This document shows positions 35,271 to 48,168 of a stretch of 64,000 nt of DNA, one piece after another. Within the stretch, counting starts at the first letter, position 1. Each line of letters opens with the position of its first letter. The position numbers and the translations under genes were made by a program. The notes beneath the pieces are model-generated. The model was not told the origin of the DNA. It was given only the letters and a program-made list of their open reading frames with translations, and made no database searches. This stretch comes from Phyllobates terribilis (lineage: Eukaryota): NCBI RefSeq assembly GCF_046119375.1, contig NW_027362767.1, positions 44,826,001-44,890,000 on the forward strand. Reading direction: 5' to 3'.

Positions 35271-38038
35271 TGCTTCAGATTTTTCTATTCTGCGTGACTT
35301 TTAGCTGCACTTCTACCCCATCTCCGGATGAGGCGCGAATAGCTGCTTTTTTAAAGATGGGATAGAAAAACCTATCCTAAGACGTTATGCCCTGTATACT
35401 TTGCCCATTTCTGTCAATTATCCAGCCCTTATATTTTTTTTTCTGCATCCGATATTTTATATATATTGGTTATAATTTTAGGGCAGAAAACCAAACAAAA
35501 AAACTACTCTTGGTTGTTGATGGCTGTAACGCAAGCCTTCTCTATAGCAAAGAGCTATCCGATCAGGTGCAACCAAGCGGTAAAATGCAGAGCTGCCCTA
35601 TTAAATGCAATTTTAGATGTAAGTAATTTTTTTTTTTCTGTGAATCTGTTCTCCGAGTGGGAGGGATTGAAGGAGTTGTACATACTACTGGTACTCAGGG
35701 ACCACTAACAGTTCAGATTCTTATTGTTATCCAGTTTCCGTGCAGTCCGAAAAAAAAAAAATGTATATATCCGCATGATTTCGCAATGTCTTGTTTACCA
35801 GGCATAGGATTGTACTAAGGCTGCCCTCTAGTGGTTTAGTAATGCAGATCCAAAAATTTATGTCCAGTTTCAACCCCTACCACTAGATGGCAGGAGAACT
35901 TGAAATCAAACTTTTCAAAAGTTACTTATTAATGTCTGCATGTGACTTCTTCTCATTTTGTTCTTGTTTTCCTCTAATTTTTATCCTTTTTTTTTTTTTT
36001 TTTTTTTTTTTTATCCATTCCATTGTTCTTATGCTTTGTACTAGGATTTCAGCACACGCTATCTGTATATTTATGGCATATTTTACTGTTTGACTTGTCA
36101 TTATGACTTGAATTTCTTGCAGCTAATACTTTTAACACCTCATCTGAAGAACAAGCTTTGAGAAACAGGGTAATGATAGTGTAAATCCTCACAGGACTAA
36201 GATGCTGCGGATTACTGAACTAGTACTGGTGTATAAATATCATGTACTGTACATTGCTGCGAGAGATGTTGGTGTTGCAGAAATAAAAATAATTACACTG
36301 CACAATAAAAAAAAAAAAAAAAAAAAAAGATCTGCAGGTTAAGGGCTTGTTCAGACAAACGTATTAAACAATCCGTATGCAAAACTGAGAGCAGTCGGAC
36401 GGCACCGCAAGCGATGCAAGTCCATGTGGTAGTTCACATGACTGTTTTTACACACAAGTCGATGGTCTGCATGGAACGAATCGCAGCGTTTGCTACAGTG
36501 ATCCGTATTCTGGATCAGATCTGTCCAATGATTGCGTAAAAAAAAACCTGATCACCTACGGGTTACCATGTGTAAACCATGCGTTCCTCATGGATCCATT
36601 ACTGTTGTTAAGCTGGGGAAACTGGTTTAGACCTTATATTAAATTGTTCAAGTAGAAAACTGATGAAGAATGGATGCTTTTTGCATATTCTCATGTGAAC
36701 TCGGCCTTAGCGGCAGCAGTCTCTAAACGCTTACTGGCCGTCCAGTTACAATGTAATCCCAATGATATATTCAGCTCTGCTACATCTGTAGGTATGAGGC
36801 TGGGGCAGATGAGTTTTTATCAAAAAAATAATTTTCTAATTTAAAAAAAAAAAAAAAATTTCTCTGGTTTATACATCAACAATATAAAATTATTGTTCTA
36901 ATACAGTTGACAGTTTCCAATATTGATTGCAATGGATCGGTAGAAAATGGATGCAATACAGATGGTGTCTGTAGTATTCACCCCCACTTCCTACGAGGAC
37001 TTTATTTCCCCCATAGTTTATAATAGCCCTGTACAATTTTAATGTGATCCGCGCAGTTATGTTCCATATGCTTGTCTGAACCAGGCCTTAGATGCACAAT
37101 CATGCTTGGATCCAATGAGCGAGTACCATGTAGTATCTATGCAGAGGCAAGGGTATTGTCAATCCCCCTATTGGCTTTAATCAGGGATCCTATAGAAAGT
37201 TTCTGAACCTTTCTCCCCTGTTCAGCCAGTTGTCAATCCCTTGTATGTGCATCTTTGGGCTTTGATCTTATTTGGCCCCCATACTTTATACTGCAGCGCT
37301 AGGCGTCAGATGCCTGGGTCACTGGATTAGTTTGTTCACCAAAATAATTTAAGTGGCTATATAGAGTAAGGATTGTTCCAGATTGTAAAAAAAACAAACA
37401 AACAAACTACAACTCCCAGCATGCTTCATACACATCTGCGTGAGATGAACACCTGGCCAAACCAATGACGTTCCGGATTTCACTCTCTAAATGCTTGCAG
37501 GCTTTGAGGAATGACAGGCTTGCAGATAACAGGACTTGTATAAGGTCCAGGACCTTTGGGTGGGTGTGGGGTCTTCTAATGAAACAGCCATATATTAGCG
37601 CCTGGCCGCCATCGCTGCTCTGCAGCTCGCTGTGGTATGGAGCGTCTGCAATACCAGGCGACACAATCACGTTCTGCGTACGAGAGCTTGCAATCTACGG
37701 CCAGAACAGTCTGCACCATTTTATACCTGTATGTGACGTTTGTGTATTTATTAACCCCTTCCCCTCCAACTGTACAGAACTGTTACAACTTTAGCACATT
37801 GAAATAAACTTCATGTTGATAACCATGAGATACGAGGCTTATTACTTTCTTTGTACTGGATGGTTCGAAGGGAGGAAGCAACAACCTTGGCTCTGAGACG
37901 GCTTTGTCGCCTACTTCCTGCACTGGCTCGGAGGAGTAGTAGAAGACTTTGGAAATCCAAGTGCTTCTCACTAAATTAGAATATTATCAAAAAGTTAATT
38001 TATTTCAGTTCTTCAATACACAAAGTGAAACTCATATA

Positions 38039-39678
38039 CAGTGGGTACAGAAAGTATTCAGACCCCTTTACATTTTTCACTCTTTGTTTCATTGCAGCCA
38101 TTTGGTAAATTCTAAAAAGTTCATTTTTTTCTCATTAAAGTACACTCTGCGCCCCATCTTACTGAAAAAAAACAAAACAAATGCAGACATTTTTGCAAAT
38201 TTATTAAAGAAAAACTGAGATATCACATGGTCACAAGTATTCAGACCCTTTGCTCAGCCACTCATATTTAAGTCACATGCTGTCCATTTCCTTGTGATCC
38301 TCCTTGAGATGGTTCTACTCCTTCATTGGAGTCCAGCTGTGTTTAATTAAACTGACAGGACTTGATTTGGAAAGGCACACACCTGTCTATATAAGACCTC
38401 ACAGCTCACAGTGCATGTCAGACCAAATGAGAATCATGAGCTCAAAGGAACTGCCCAAGGAGCTCAGAGACAGAATTGTGGCAAGGCACAGATCTGGCCA
38501 AGGTTACAAAAGAATTTCGGCATTACTCAAGGTTCCGAAGAGCACAGTGACTCCCATAATCCTTAAATGGAAGAAGTTTGGGACCACCAGAAGTCTTCCT
38601 AGACCTGGCCGTCCAGCCAAACTGAGCAATCGTGGGAGAAGAGCCTTGGGGTTCTTCTTTACCTCTCTCACCAAGATCACTGTAGGTGAGCTCCAGCGAT
38701 GCAGTAGGGAGATGGGAGAAAGTTCCACAAAGTCAACTATCACTGCAGCCCTCCACCAGTCGGGCCTTTATGGCAGAGTGTACGACGGAAGCCTCTCCTC
38801 AGTGCAAGACATATGAAAGCCCGCATAGAGTTTGCTCAAAAACACATGAAGGACTCCCAGACTATGAGAAATAAGATTCTCTGGTCTGATGAGACGAATA
38901 TAGAACTTTTTGGTGATAATTCTAAGCGGTCTGTGTGGAGAAAACCAGGCACTGCTCATCCCCTGCCCAATACAATCCCAACAGTGAAACATGGTGGTGG
39001 CAGCATCCTGCTATGGGGGTGTTTTTCAGCAGCAGGGACAGGACGACTGGTTGCAATTGAAGGAAACATGAATGCGGCCAAGTACAGAGATATCCTGGAT
39101 GAAAACCTCTTCCAGAGTGCTCTGGACCTCAGACTTGGCCAAAGGTTCACCTTCCAACAAGACAATGACCCTAAGCACACAGCTAAAATAGCAAAGGAGT
39201 GGCTTCAGAACAACTCTGTGACCATTCTTGACTGGCCCAGCCAGAGCCCTGACCTAAACCCAATTGAGTATCTTTGGAGAGACCTGAAAATGGCTGTCCA
39301 CCAACGTTCACCATCCAACCTGATGGAACTGGAGAGGATCTGCAAGGAAGAATGGCAGAGGATCCCCAAATCCAGGTGTGAAAAACTTGTTGCATCATTC
39401 CCAAGAAGACTCATGGCTGTACTAGCTCAAAAGGGGGCTTCTACTCAATACTGAGCAAAGGGTCTGAATACTTATGACCATGTGATATTTCAGTTTTTCT
39501 TTTTTTAATTAATTTGCAAAAATTTCTACATTTGTTTTTTTTTTTTTCAGTCAAGATGGGGTGCAGAGTGTACTTTAATGAGGGAAAAAAAAAATGAACT
39601 TTTTAGAATTTACCAAATGGCTGCAATGAAACAGAGTGAAAAAATTTAAAGGGGTCTGAATACTTTCCGTACCCACTG
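38039..39678 (+). mobile_element. Tc1/mariner IR/DR-type transposon, full length (1640 bp)
   Basis: TA|CAGTGGGTACAGAAAGTATTCAGACCCC ... GGGGTCTGAATACTTTCCGTACCCACTG|TA; inner direct repeats (AAGTATTCAGACCC) at ~38235 and ~39460. Confidence 0.97.
38427..39454 (+). pseudogene. Tc1 transposase with intact DD34E triad, one frameshift (~38790) and a 21-bp inversion
   Basis: MSSKELPKELRDRIV; GRPAKL; [21 protein letters not shown]; ends AQKGASTQY*. Confidence 0.95.
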
Positions 39679-39710
39679 TAATATATAGAGTCATTACAAA
39701 CAGTGATCTA

Positions 39711-39948
39711 CAACCGCTGGCAAAAATTATGGAATCACCGGGCTCAGAGGATGTTCATTCAGTTGTTTAATGTTGAAAAAAAAGCAGATCACAGACATGG
39801 CACAAAACTAAAGTCATTTCAAATGGCAACTTTAGGGCTTTAAGAAACACTAAAAGAAATCAAGATTAAAAATGTGGTACTCAGTAAGGGTAATTTTTTT
39901 CAGACCAAGCAGAGGGAAAAAATTATGGAATCACTCAATTCAGAGGAA
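39711..39948 (+). mobile_element. Solitary left IR/DR arm of another Tc1-type element, truncated
   Basis: TA|CAACCGCTGGCAAAAATTATGGAATCAC with the direct repeat AAAAATTATGGAATCAC recurring ~200 bp inside. Confidence 0.6.
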
Positions 39949-39949
39949 G

Positions 39950-40708
39950 ACTAGATAAGCTTGAACAATAAGCAGCGACTAATAGAATAGTATTTAATGG
40001 AGAAATGCAAGATTCTACATCTGGGCAATAAAAATAAATGACATGTACAGAATTGGAGGAATAGAACTAAGCAACAGCATGTGTGAAAAAGACTTGGGTA
40101 TACTAATAGATCACAGACTGCACATGAGTCAACAGTGTGATGCAGCAGCAAAAAGGCAAACAGTTCTGGAATGTATTAAACAGAAGCAGAGAGTCTAGAT
40201 CACATGAAGTAATTATCCCCCTCCAGTCTTCCTTGGTCAGACCTCATCTGGAATATTGTCTCCAGTTCTGGGCACCACATTTCAAAAAAACATAAAAAAA
40301 AAACTGGAGCAAGTTCAGAGAAAAGAGACCAGGATGGTGACCAGTCTGCAAATAATGTCCTATGAGGAACAGTTAAAGATCTGGGAATGTTTAGCTTGCA
40401 AAAGAGGAGACTTAATAGCGGTCTACAAATATCTGTAGGGATGTCATAGTGAGGAGGGATCATCCTTATTCTCATTTCCACTTGGAAACATGAGCAGCAA
40501 TGGGATGAAACTGAAAGGGAGAAGATAGATATTAGAAAACACTGACAGTGAGGGCGATCAGTGATGGGAACAGGCGGCGAGTTCTCCTTCAATGTTAGTC
40601 TTCTAACAGAGGCTGGACAGACATCTGTGTGAGGTGGTCTAGTGAATCCTGCATTGAGCAGGGGTTGGACCAGATGACTCTAGGTCCCCTCCAACTAACA
40701 TTCTATGA
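39950..40708 (+). mobile_element. CR1 LINE 3' fragment
   Basis: Degenerate CR1 ORF2 end ([20 protein letters not shown]; [16 protein letters not shown]; LEQVQR) and the CR1 terminus GGGGTTGGACCAGATG...CCAAC...ATTCTATGA. Confidence 0.9.
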
Positions 40709-41913
40709 GGTTTTAGCCTTTGTACTTCCGAAAAATAACTGCAATGTCATTAGAAACAGATTAAGTTATTAAAAATGTTTAACCATCAATCAGCTCTTAG
40801 TCTATCTGTGGTGGTACTTGACACTGGATACAGGTGGTCATTGAGGGTGCGGCTGGGGAATGAGAGGGCCAGTTAACAGCATCAATGCTTTCATCACCCC
40901 AGATCTGCTACATTAACTTGGCTTCTTACAGTAACAGGAGCACTGTACCCAGCTTCATGCCAATAGCACCCTTACCAGTTTGTAACCCTCCAATATCAGA
41001 CCAGCCATGCTGGATGATAAAGCAGGCAGAGTTTCACCAAGACGTCTGCAGCATCTGTCACATTCAGTGTGACCTCGATCTTATCTGAGAATATGAAGCT
41101 AATGGCCAATCTGCCATTGGTGCACAAAGTCTGGGGCTCAGATATTTACATTTATCATTAGCCCTTGTGTCTCCAAGTCTGGGATAGGTGATGCCAGAAG
41201 AACATAACAGTGGGCACGATGCAGTCAGGGTACAAATGGAGGATAATGCTATGTGCTTGTTATTAGGGGTCAGCATTGGGCCCTTAGTTCCATTGAACAT
41301 ACTGTACACAAGACATTATGGACAATTGTAGCCTCCAGCTTTGTGGGAACAGTTTGGGGTACGCCCTTTGTTTCCCTGACTGTACCAGGTGCACAAGGTC
41401 CATACAGACATGGAGGGGAGAACATGAGCGGCCGCACAGAGCCTGGGCCTCAGCCATATCCTATAAATGGAGATTTTGAGCCCAGCCTCTCCCCAATATC
41501 AAGAGTCTGTCCTCACAAATTCTTTTCTGGTTGAGGGGGCACAAAGCCGCTTAAGATATTGTAGAAATCCTTCCCAGATGGATGAAATTACATATAGAGG
41601 AGCTGACTCCATATTATTGGTTACAGGGGTAGGTGCAAATATATCTGAAGATCTGTCCCCAGGGAGTTTGTTCACCTATTTTAGTTTTACTACAGTCTAT
41701 AGTGTTTTTTTTTTTTTTTTTTTTTTCCAGACTTTAATGATAAAGATACAAACTCATACCAACACAGGGGCAAGAAAAAAAATGAACAAAAGAAACCGCT
41801 GGACTTAACACTAAGGGTGCACCCCAATTTTTTATTTTTTTTGGGCAGGAGGACTGCATCCGAGAGTCATGGGATACTAAAGATAAAGCAGAATATAAAA
41901 TATCACATTTCTT

Positions 41914-42250
41914 GGGCTATGTGTCCATGATCAGCCTATAGCAGTGCTTTGGATGTAGCGTATTTTTGCTGCGTCCGATCCCGCATGTAAATCTGCACGT
42001 GTTCACTGAACTCGTGTAGAGTTACTGCGCACTATCCATTCCATTGTGGAGACCAGCATCTCCACAACAGAAGTTGACATGCTGCGGCTCGTAAAGCCGC
42101 GCAGCCGGTGAGTTTGTGCGGCATCAAACAGAAGCACAGTGGGCACGGGATTTCCATAAATCCCATCCACTGTACAACGCAGAGTTTTGGACGCAGCACA
42201 GGTAAGCTGTGTCCAAACCACTGCCACTACGGATCATGAGCACACAGCCT
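41914..42250. mobile_element. Degraded Harbinger-type MITE
   Basis: Imperfect TIRs GGGCTATGTGTCCATGATC / GATCATGAGCACACAGCCT. Confidence 0.5.
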
Positions 42251-45200
42251 TGAAGAGCAGACCACTCCTTGCCTTAAGCCTGCCACTGTAGAAGTGGCTG
42301 CTAGTTTAGGTAACAAGCTGGACCTAGAAGTTAACCCCTCTCCATTCTAGAGAGCAGAGGTATTAATTAGCAGGTTGTCATTGGTTTTACCAAGCGCTTT
42401 AAGTGTGTCCATTATGAGACGACCTCTTTCAGCAGTTTACACAATTGTTGATTTTCTTTACCAGGACGATGGGACGCGGCCTGTGATTGATGGCGCTGCC
42501 GGCTGCACCCTGCAGTCAGACCCGGGAGCCACGTTGTAGTTGTCAGCCGCCATGGAGCAGTGATGGCGGACGCTCGACAAAGACACGGGAGGCGGCTTTA
42601 GTGCAGATAGTTTATTTCAGTACGGTAGTGCTTCATTACAGGTTTAGTAAAATTACTCAGTACATTCATCGGCCACTGCGGCCTAAAACCAGCAAGTAGA
42701 AAAAATACTGGTGTAAAAAAAACCAAAAACATCCTCTGCTAGCAGAAGGGGGGGGTCAATAACATTGCAGTTTGTTACTGGCAGACATAGGGTTAAACAA
42801 GTAAGATGAGGGGTAGCAAGAGGCAGTCACCACAGCAGCCAATCATATGACTGCTCTAACACCATGTGATTGGGAGGCTCCTCTTCTCCCTTGTGCCAAT
42901 TAGACGCCTTTTTTTTTTTTTTGGGGGGGGGGTTTACCAAACAAAGTGGCCACCACAAGTCTACAGCAAACAGTCCAAGAATACTGCTGTAATACCAGGA
43001 CGTTAAAATCTAGCGTTTATTATACAATTAATTATTAAACAAGGAGGATGGGCCAACATAGAAATAAAGAAAAAAAAAATTATAAAATTACATTACACAC
43101 CCTCGAACTAATCCGGCTCTTAAAGTGCATCAGAACACATAGGGTTAGGAGCCAACCTGGAGTCTTTGGCGATAACAGATTTATATAAACGCGTGCGTGT
43201 TCCAGTCCGGACAGGACGCGACTGAAAACAAATAAGTTCAGGTTTACGCTGCCGTATGTCCCATCCACACAGCGATAATCACATCCTAGTGCAACAATTA
43301 GACTGTGCAGAAAGGGGTTATTTGTACCTGGACCCCCCCCCCCCCAACCCAACCCCCTTTCCAATTATGGTTTATTACTAGTGCACATATAGGGAACATA
43401 ATCAAAAGCTGAGCTTCTCATTGGTTGTTTCCATCCAAACAGTCAGCAAGCTGCTGACTAGTCTGCCTTCTATGGTGAAACCAACAAACTACATTAGATT
43501 GCAGTCCCTCGCCCAGCCCTTTAACCTGATAATTTAATGCATTAGAATACTTCAGCTTGTTAACACAACATCCAACTAATCAGTAAAGCCAGATTAGGAG
43601 CCATTAACAGCAGCTTGTTGATGGTTTCCATTAAACAATACATTCATTATGCAATGAACAGAAATAAGGGATCTGAAATTTAGTGAAACAAGCAAGAAAA
43701 AAGCTAAAGAAAAAGGTTATGGATAAGATACTTGATTTTAGAAGTCAAAGCATGGAATTTAAGAAAAAAAAAAGTGCAAGTTGTTTGTTTACCAGGGACA
43801 GAAACTAGCAAAAACCTCAATACTCTGCAGAATTATAGCGTTAGTGCAGCTTTGTTCCATTCACTTAAAGAGACCCAAGCTGCAATACCAGAGCCAGCCT
43901 ATGGACATGAGTGGCGCCATTTTGACCGTTTTCCTTTCTATTGTAAACTAGAAAAACGAATGTAATCTGGGCATTGGAAGTGGTGACTCATGAGGAAACA
44001 AGTATCTGCTGCAATAAGGAAAAGTGAAGAATGTTAAATATCCCCCACCCTCCCCATATAAGCAGATGACATGAAGGCAGCCATTGTACAGATCACACAA
44101 TGCAGGATTTGTTCGTTTGTTTGCAACACAGAATTTTTAAGAAATTATTTAAAGCAGCAAGAAAGCTTTACAATCACTTAATTGAAATTACCAGGAAAGG
44201 TTTCTCCTCTTTTAAACTTTCTAGCACTTTTGTTAGTGCTATACCCAACACAACCAGCAGAGGGAGCGTTTTGGAACAAGTTTGCATGTTCAGGCGGATG
44301 GAGGCAAAATAGCAACGCCTTGAATTTGTCAGATTTTACTAAAAGGGGGAAAATTTATGAAGACACTAGACCAAAAAAAAAACAAAAAACAAAAACATCA
44401 GCACCACTTGTTCTCGGGTTACCTGGTGTATTGCAGCCGGTTCTTAGTTTTAATAGTGCTGCAATGCCAGACATAACCCAAGTACAAGAGGTAATTTTCA
44501 GGCCGGGGCAGGTGTTAGATGACACAATCCCTTTAAGAATGACCCTATACATAGGGAAGTAGTGGTATGGCTGTATAGGCACTAGTCCAAAAAAACACGA
44601 CTTTTGTACAGATCAGATGTGCCAATCTGCATTAGTGTATAAACTATATGCAAGTTAGACTGGAAGTGCACACTTGGAAGCAGTTTAAATACATTGACAC
44701 GCCCTCAATGCACTTCCAGCCTGATTTGCATACAACTTTTACACCAAGTTTAATAATGGGCATGTCAGATCTTAAAAAAAAAAAAAAAAATGCATCTATA
44801 CAGCCATTAAAGTAGGTCCAGATGTAAAAAAACCCAAAGAGGTTCCCTTTAGTACCCAAACAAAACACCACAGCTGTGAATCATCCCAGCAAATCTCACC
44901 CTGTGCAACTTGAAGTGTTAAACTGCACAATACAAAATTCTCAGGTTTTGCCCTCATAGAAAAGTCGAGTGCCCGTACCCTTAAAAGGGATGTTCTGGGT
45001 ATAAGCAAAAACATGCCTACCTCCATTCTAAAAAGGTGAAGCCCCCGTCTACAGGTTGTGTCTGATAATTGCATTGAAGCGAATGGTGCGAAGCTGCAAT
45101 ATGCAGACAAGGGGAGGCAATCATTAATACAAAGCTGCATGGATACAGATGGTAAGAGGTAATATAGAGGTTGCAAGAAACCACCACTAGGGGGAGCTTA

Positions 45201-45807
45201 TTGTATCTTACTATGGAGTGTAGAAGAATGATACTCTGAGCTCCCCCTAGTGGAGACAACAGGCAGTGCCATTTATAGAATGCGACATGTAGGAGGTATT
45301 AGGAAGTAAAACAAACCACCACTAGTATTCGTTTTCCTTCATGAACACAGTTGCCTGCAGAGTACAAGCCGATACCCCAGAGATCAGACTGGAATTACAT
45401 CCATATTAAATTGCTCCTCCATTTTATTTTAGCGTAAAAAAGGTGGGTGGGGAAGATGGGGGGGGGGTGCAGCAAGAAGATACTCTGAACCCCCTTGAAG
45501 AATCCATCTGCAGTAATTTGATGCATGTTTTTAATCCTCTTTTTTGGCTTTCCGTGTCTAGGTGGCAGGAATTGAGTCTTTCTGCTTGAAAAGCGGGAGG
45601 TGCCGGCTGTTCTTTCACCGCTGAAGACCCTGCGGGAACCTCAGCGTTCAGGACATTCACATCCAAGACTGGGATTCATTGGGGGTAAGAAAAACAAACC
45701 CGAAAAACGGAATGTGTATTTGCAGTTAACGTAAACATAAGTTATTGGCCGCGCCGTACCGTCACAGCGACAGCGCAAGGTGCACACAGACGGCCCGGGC
45801 AGCGGGG

Positions 45808-45946
45808 TCATGCCAGTGTATTAGCGCCACATGTAAACAGGATGGGAGTCCCGGCGGCCGGCGTGCTCAGGGGTGGCGACAGGGCACAGCTGCTGGTCGG
45901 ACATATTGCTCCATACCATCCAGAAGATTTGGGGGTGGATGAAAAA
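45808..45946 (-). CDS. GPR137C: GPR137C exon 7, coding part (FSSTPKSSGWYGAIC...PILFTCGANTLA*)
   Basis: TTCCAG acceptor; TGA at 45810-45808; preceded by a 77-nt intron. Confidence 0.9.
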
Positions 45947-46023
45947 CTGGAAAGGGAAAAAAATAAAGTCAAGATATGCGATACCGTGCTGGAAAATCCA
46001 GAGACAGTCGCTTTATCACCCAC

Positions 46024-46148
46024 CTTGCTCTCTCGGGTCTGGCACCTGCCAGTCTGGGCAAGTCATCATCACTGTCGTATCTTCTAGGATTGTCAAAAAA
46101 GTAGGCTCTGGACCCGAAGCTGTGACTATTCACCATACCAGCTGGCTC
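46024..46148 (-). CDS. GPR137C: GPR137C exon 6 ([33 protein letters not shown]...)
   Basis: CAG acceptor, GTGGGT donor, 125 nt. Confidence 0.96.
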
Positions 46149-46533
46149 CTGGGATAGGAGGAAGGCTTAAAGTTACAGGGGTCAGAGGAAAATAAGAATT
46201 TTCTTGCAAAGTCTTAAAGGGCAGGATGACAGTGCCACCAGTTTCCATATAGTGATTGGTATCTAATCTGTGCCAATCATGCATGCTGTGGACCTGAAAC
46301 CCTTTAATGGAGACGCCTTCTCATTAAGTGATTGCATCTAGTAATTGGGACATGGGGGTCCGACCTTCTTTGGAGCACTATGAATCCAAGTATGAAGGGT
46401 CCGCAGCTCTGTAGCAGTGCCTCCAACCACCCGGCCATGTCCCACAGGTCAGACCCCAGCATTTACATGATCACTTACAGATGATCAATCCGACTCTTAG
46501 AGCCGTTCCCATGAGTATGGGGCGAGAACTCAC

Positions 46534-46659
46534 CAAGTTTTGGCTCAGCTTCTTAGCCCGAAAGAAATAAGTTATCAGGGTCATTGGCAGGAACTCACAG
46601 AACAGGAGGATAAGCCCAAATATGAGAAATTCCAGACTATTCGGGTCTTCTGTAACAGC
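46534..46659 (-). CDS. GPR137C: GPR137C exon 5 (AVTEDPNSLEFLIFGLILLFCEFLP...FFRAKKLSQNL)
   Basis: CAG acceptor, GTGAGT donor, 126 nt. Confidence 0.93.
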
Positions 46660-47003
46660 CTGGGGGAGACATAATAGGGGGTCTTCTTATTAATCGCTCA
46701 CCACTAAACACAGCCCCCTCCATCCTTACTATAGATGCGATCAACATGGAGCACAATATTCAAGGGGCAGTCCATGACTAGAAAGACATGGTTGCCTTCT
46801 TCCAAGAACAGCACCAGTCTGCTCTGAGTTGTGTGGTTTTGCAACCAAGTTCTATTCACATGTGTGGAGCTTAATATACATTCTGGGCAGGAACGGCAAT
46901 GTTATTTGGAAGAAAGCACAATATTTTGTCTAATCTGGGAAAACCACTTTAATTCTATAAAGATCTCCTGCATTGCTACACAACTGCACTATTGTGTAAT
47001 AAG

Positions 47004-47125
47004 TCTGCAGCCACCACTAGGGGGAGCTCCCTGTATACTGAGATACAGGATAAGATTCTGTCTGCAGCCACCACTAGGGGGAGCTCCCTGTATACAGAGA
47101 CACATAAGATCCTGTCTGCAGCCAC
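47004..47125. repeat. 57-bp tandem duplication carrying CCACTAGGGGGAG (CTCF-like), GPR137C intron 4
   Basis: TCTGCAGCCACCACTAGGGGGAGCTCCCTGTATAC at 47004 and 47061, third partial copy. Confidence 0.85.
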
Positions 47126-47151
47126 TGGTCATTATAATCCCATAGACATAC

Positions 47152-47310
47152 CATTGCCGATGACTTGGAGACCCCGCTCCACCCATAGCTGAACGGACTT
47201 GGCTTGCTTTCTGGCTGGATGGAGACCACAACCAAGTTGTATAAGGCTCTCAGGATATAGAGTGCGCTGATAATGGAGCCGGTTACAACAGCCTGGCTTC
47301 CAGAGGTGCC
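47152..47310 (-). CDS. GPR137C: GPR137C exon 4 (GTSGSQAVVTGSIISALYILRALYNLVVV...SPFSYGW...SAM)
   Basis: TAG acceptor, GTATGT donor, 159 nt, phase 0-0. Confidence 0.88.
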
Positions 47311-47945
47311 CTAGATAAAACACAGATCAGACTTCATAATTAGCCATGGGTATTTAAGGGGGTCTCAGTCAGAGTTCTCATTATCACTTTAAGACAACTT
47401 TCTTTTAAAAAGCTTTATATTGGGGGAGAGTTTTCTGCTCATTAACATAGCTTTGCATTTAAAATTCACCTTACTGCTCTTAAACACAGCAGCCTCTTCC
47501 TCAATTCTAGCCATGCTTTATACTGCAGTTTTGCTTATTCACGTGTCTGCTGTGTACAAACACAAGCTCAGAATAACGTCAGTACACAGATTATTCCCTT
47601 CACAGTAGGACTAGATGGATTCTGAGATGTGAGAAACAAAACCACCATTAAGTGCGCCGGCACCCGCCCTAGAGGAGCGCCGGCACCCGCCCTAGAGGAG
47701 AACCTCGCCATTCAGATACAATAGCCTTCGACATTGTAAAACAGACTCCAAGGAATTTGGCAATTTCTTAGTGCAACAAATGGCATTTGCAGACCAGTCA
47801 TGCACATATCCTTAAAGGAGAAGTCCAGTATTGAAGCACTTTTAAATACTGATATTCTTGGCAGATAGTGTATTTAGTTTCCCAATATGAGGAAGATTGG
47901 GGTCCCTATGACCACCCTGATTGTGTTCTATCGCAAGAGCCTCAC

Positions 47946-48168
47946 CTTTGATTCTAGGTAGACATACGCAGGAGACATGTTGGCAATCCTATAGGTGTTA
48001 TTGGCCAGGGAAATTGAGCAGATGGCAAAGAGACAGTCACTAAATATCATCCTGATCATGGTGATCCACCCGCGCTGATCATCAACCCCATCACCCAGCA
48101 AAATACAAGATAAGTTCACTGTTAGGAAGGCGAGACTAGTGAGGAAAAATCCTAGATGTAGAGGGATC
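47946..48168 (-). CDS. GPR137C: GPR137C exon 3 (IPLHLGFFLTSLAFLTVNLSC...AYVYLESK)
   Basis: CAG acceptor, GTGAGG donor, 223 nt. Confidence 0.94.

Noticed and set aside
36304-36328. AATAAA followed by a long A-run as the ERO1A poly(A) site or a retrocopy tail
   Set aside because: The signal is fused to a genomic A-tract with no spacing, target duplication or retroposed body; it is a likely oligo-dT mispriming site.
41040-41790. Possible decayed L1 ORF2 C-terminus (HIEELT...YLKIC) and an opposite-strand ATTAAA-poly(A) end at ~41705-41740
   Set aside because: Similarity is too weak and interrupted to call without a search.
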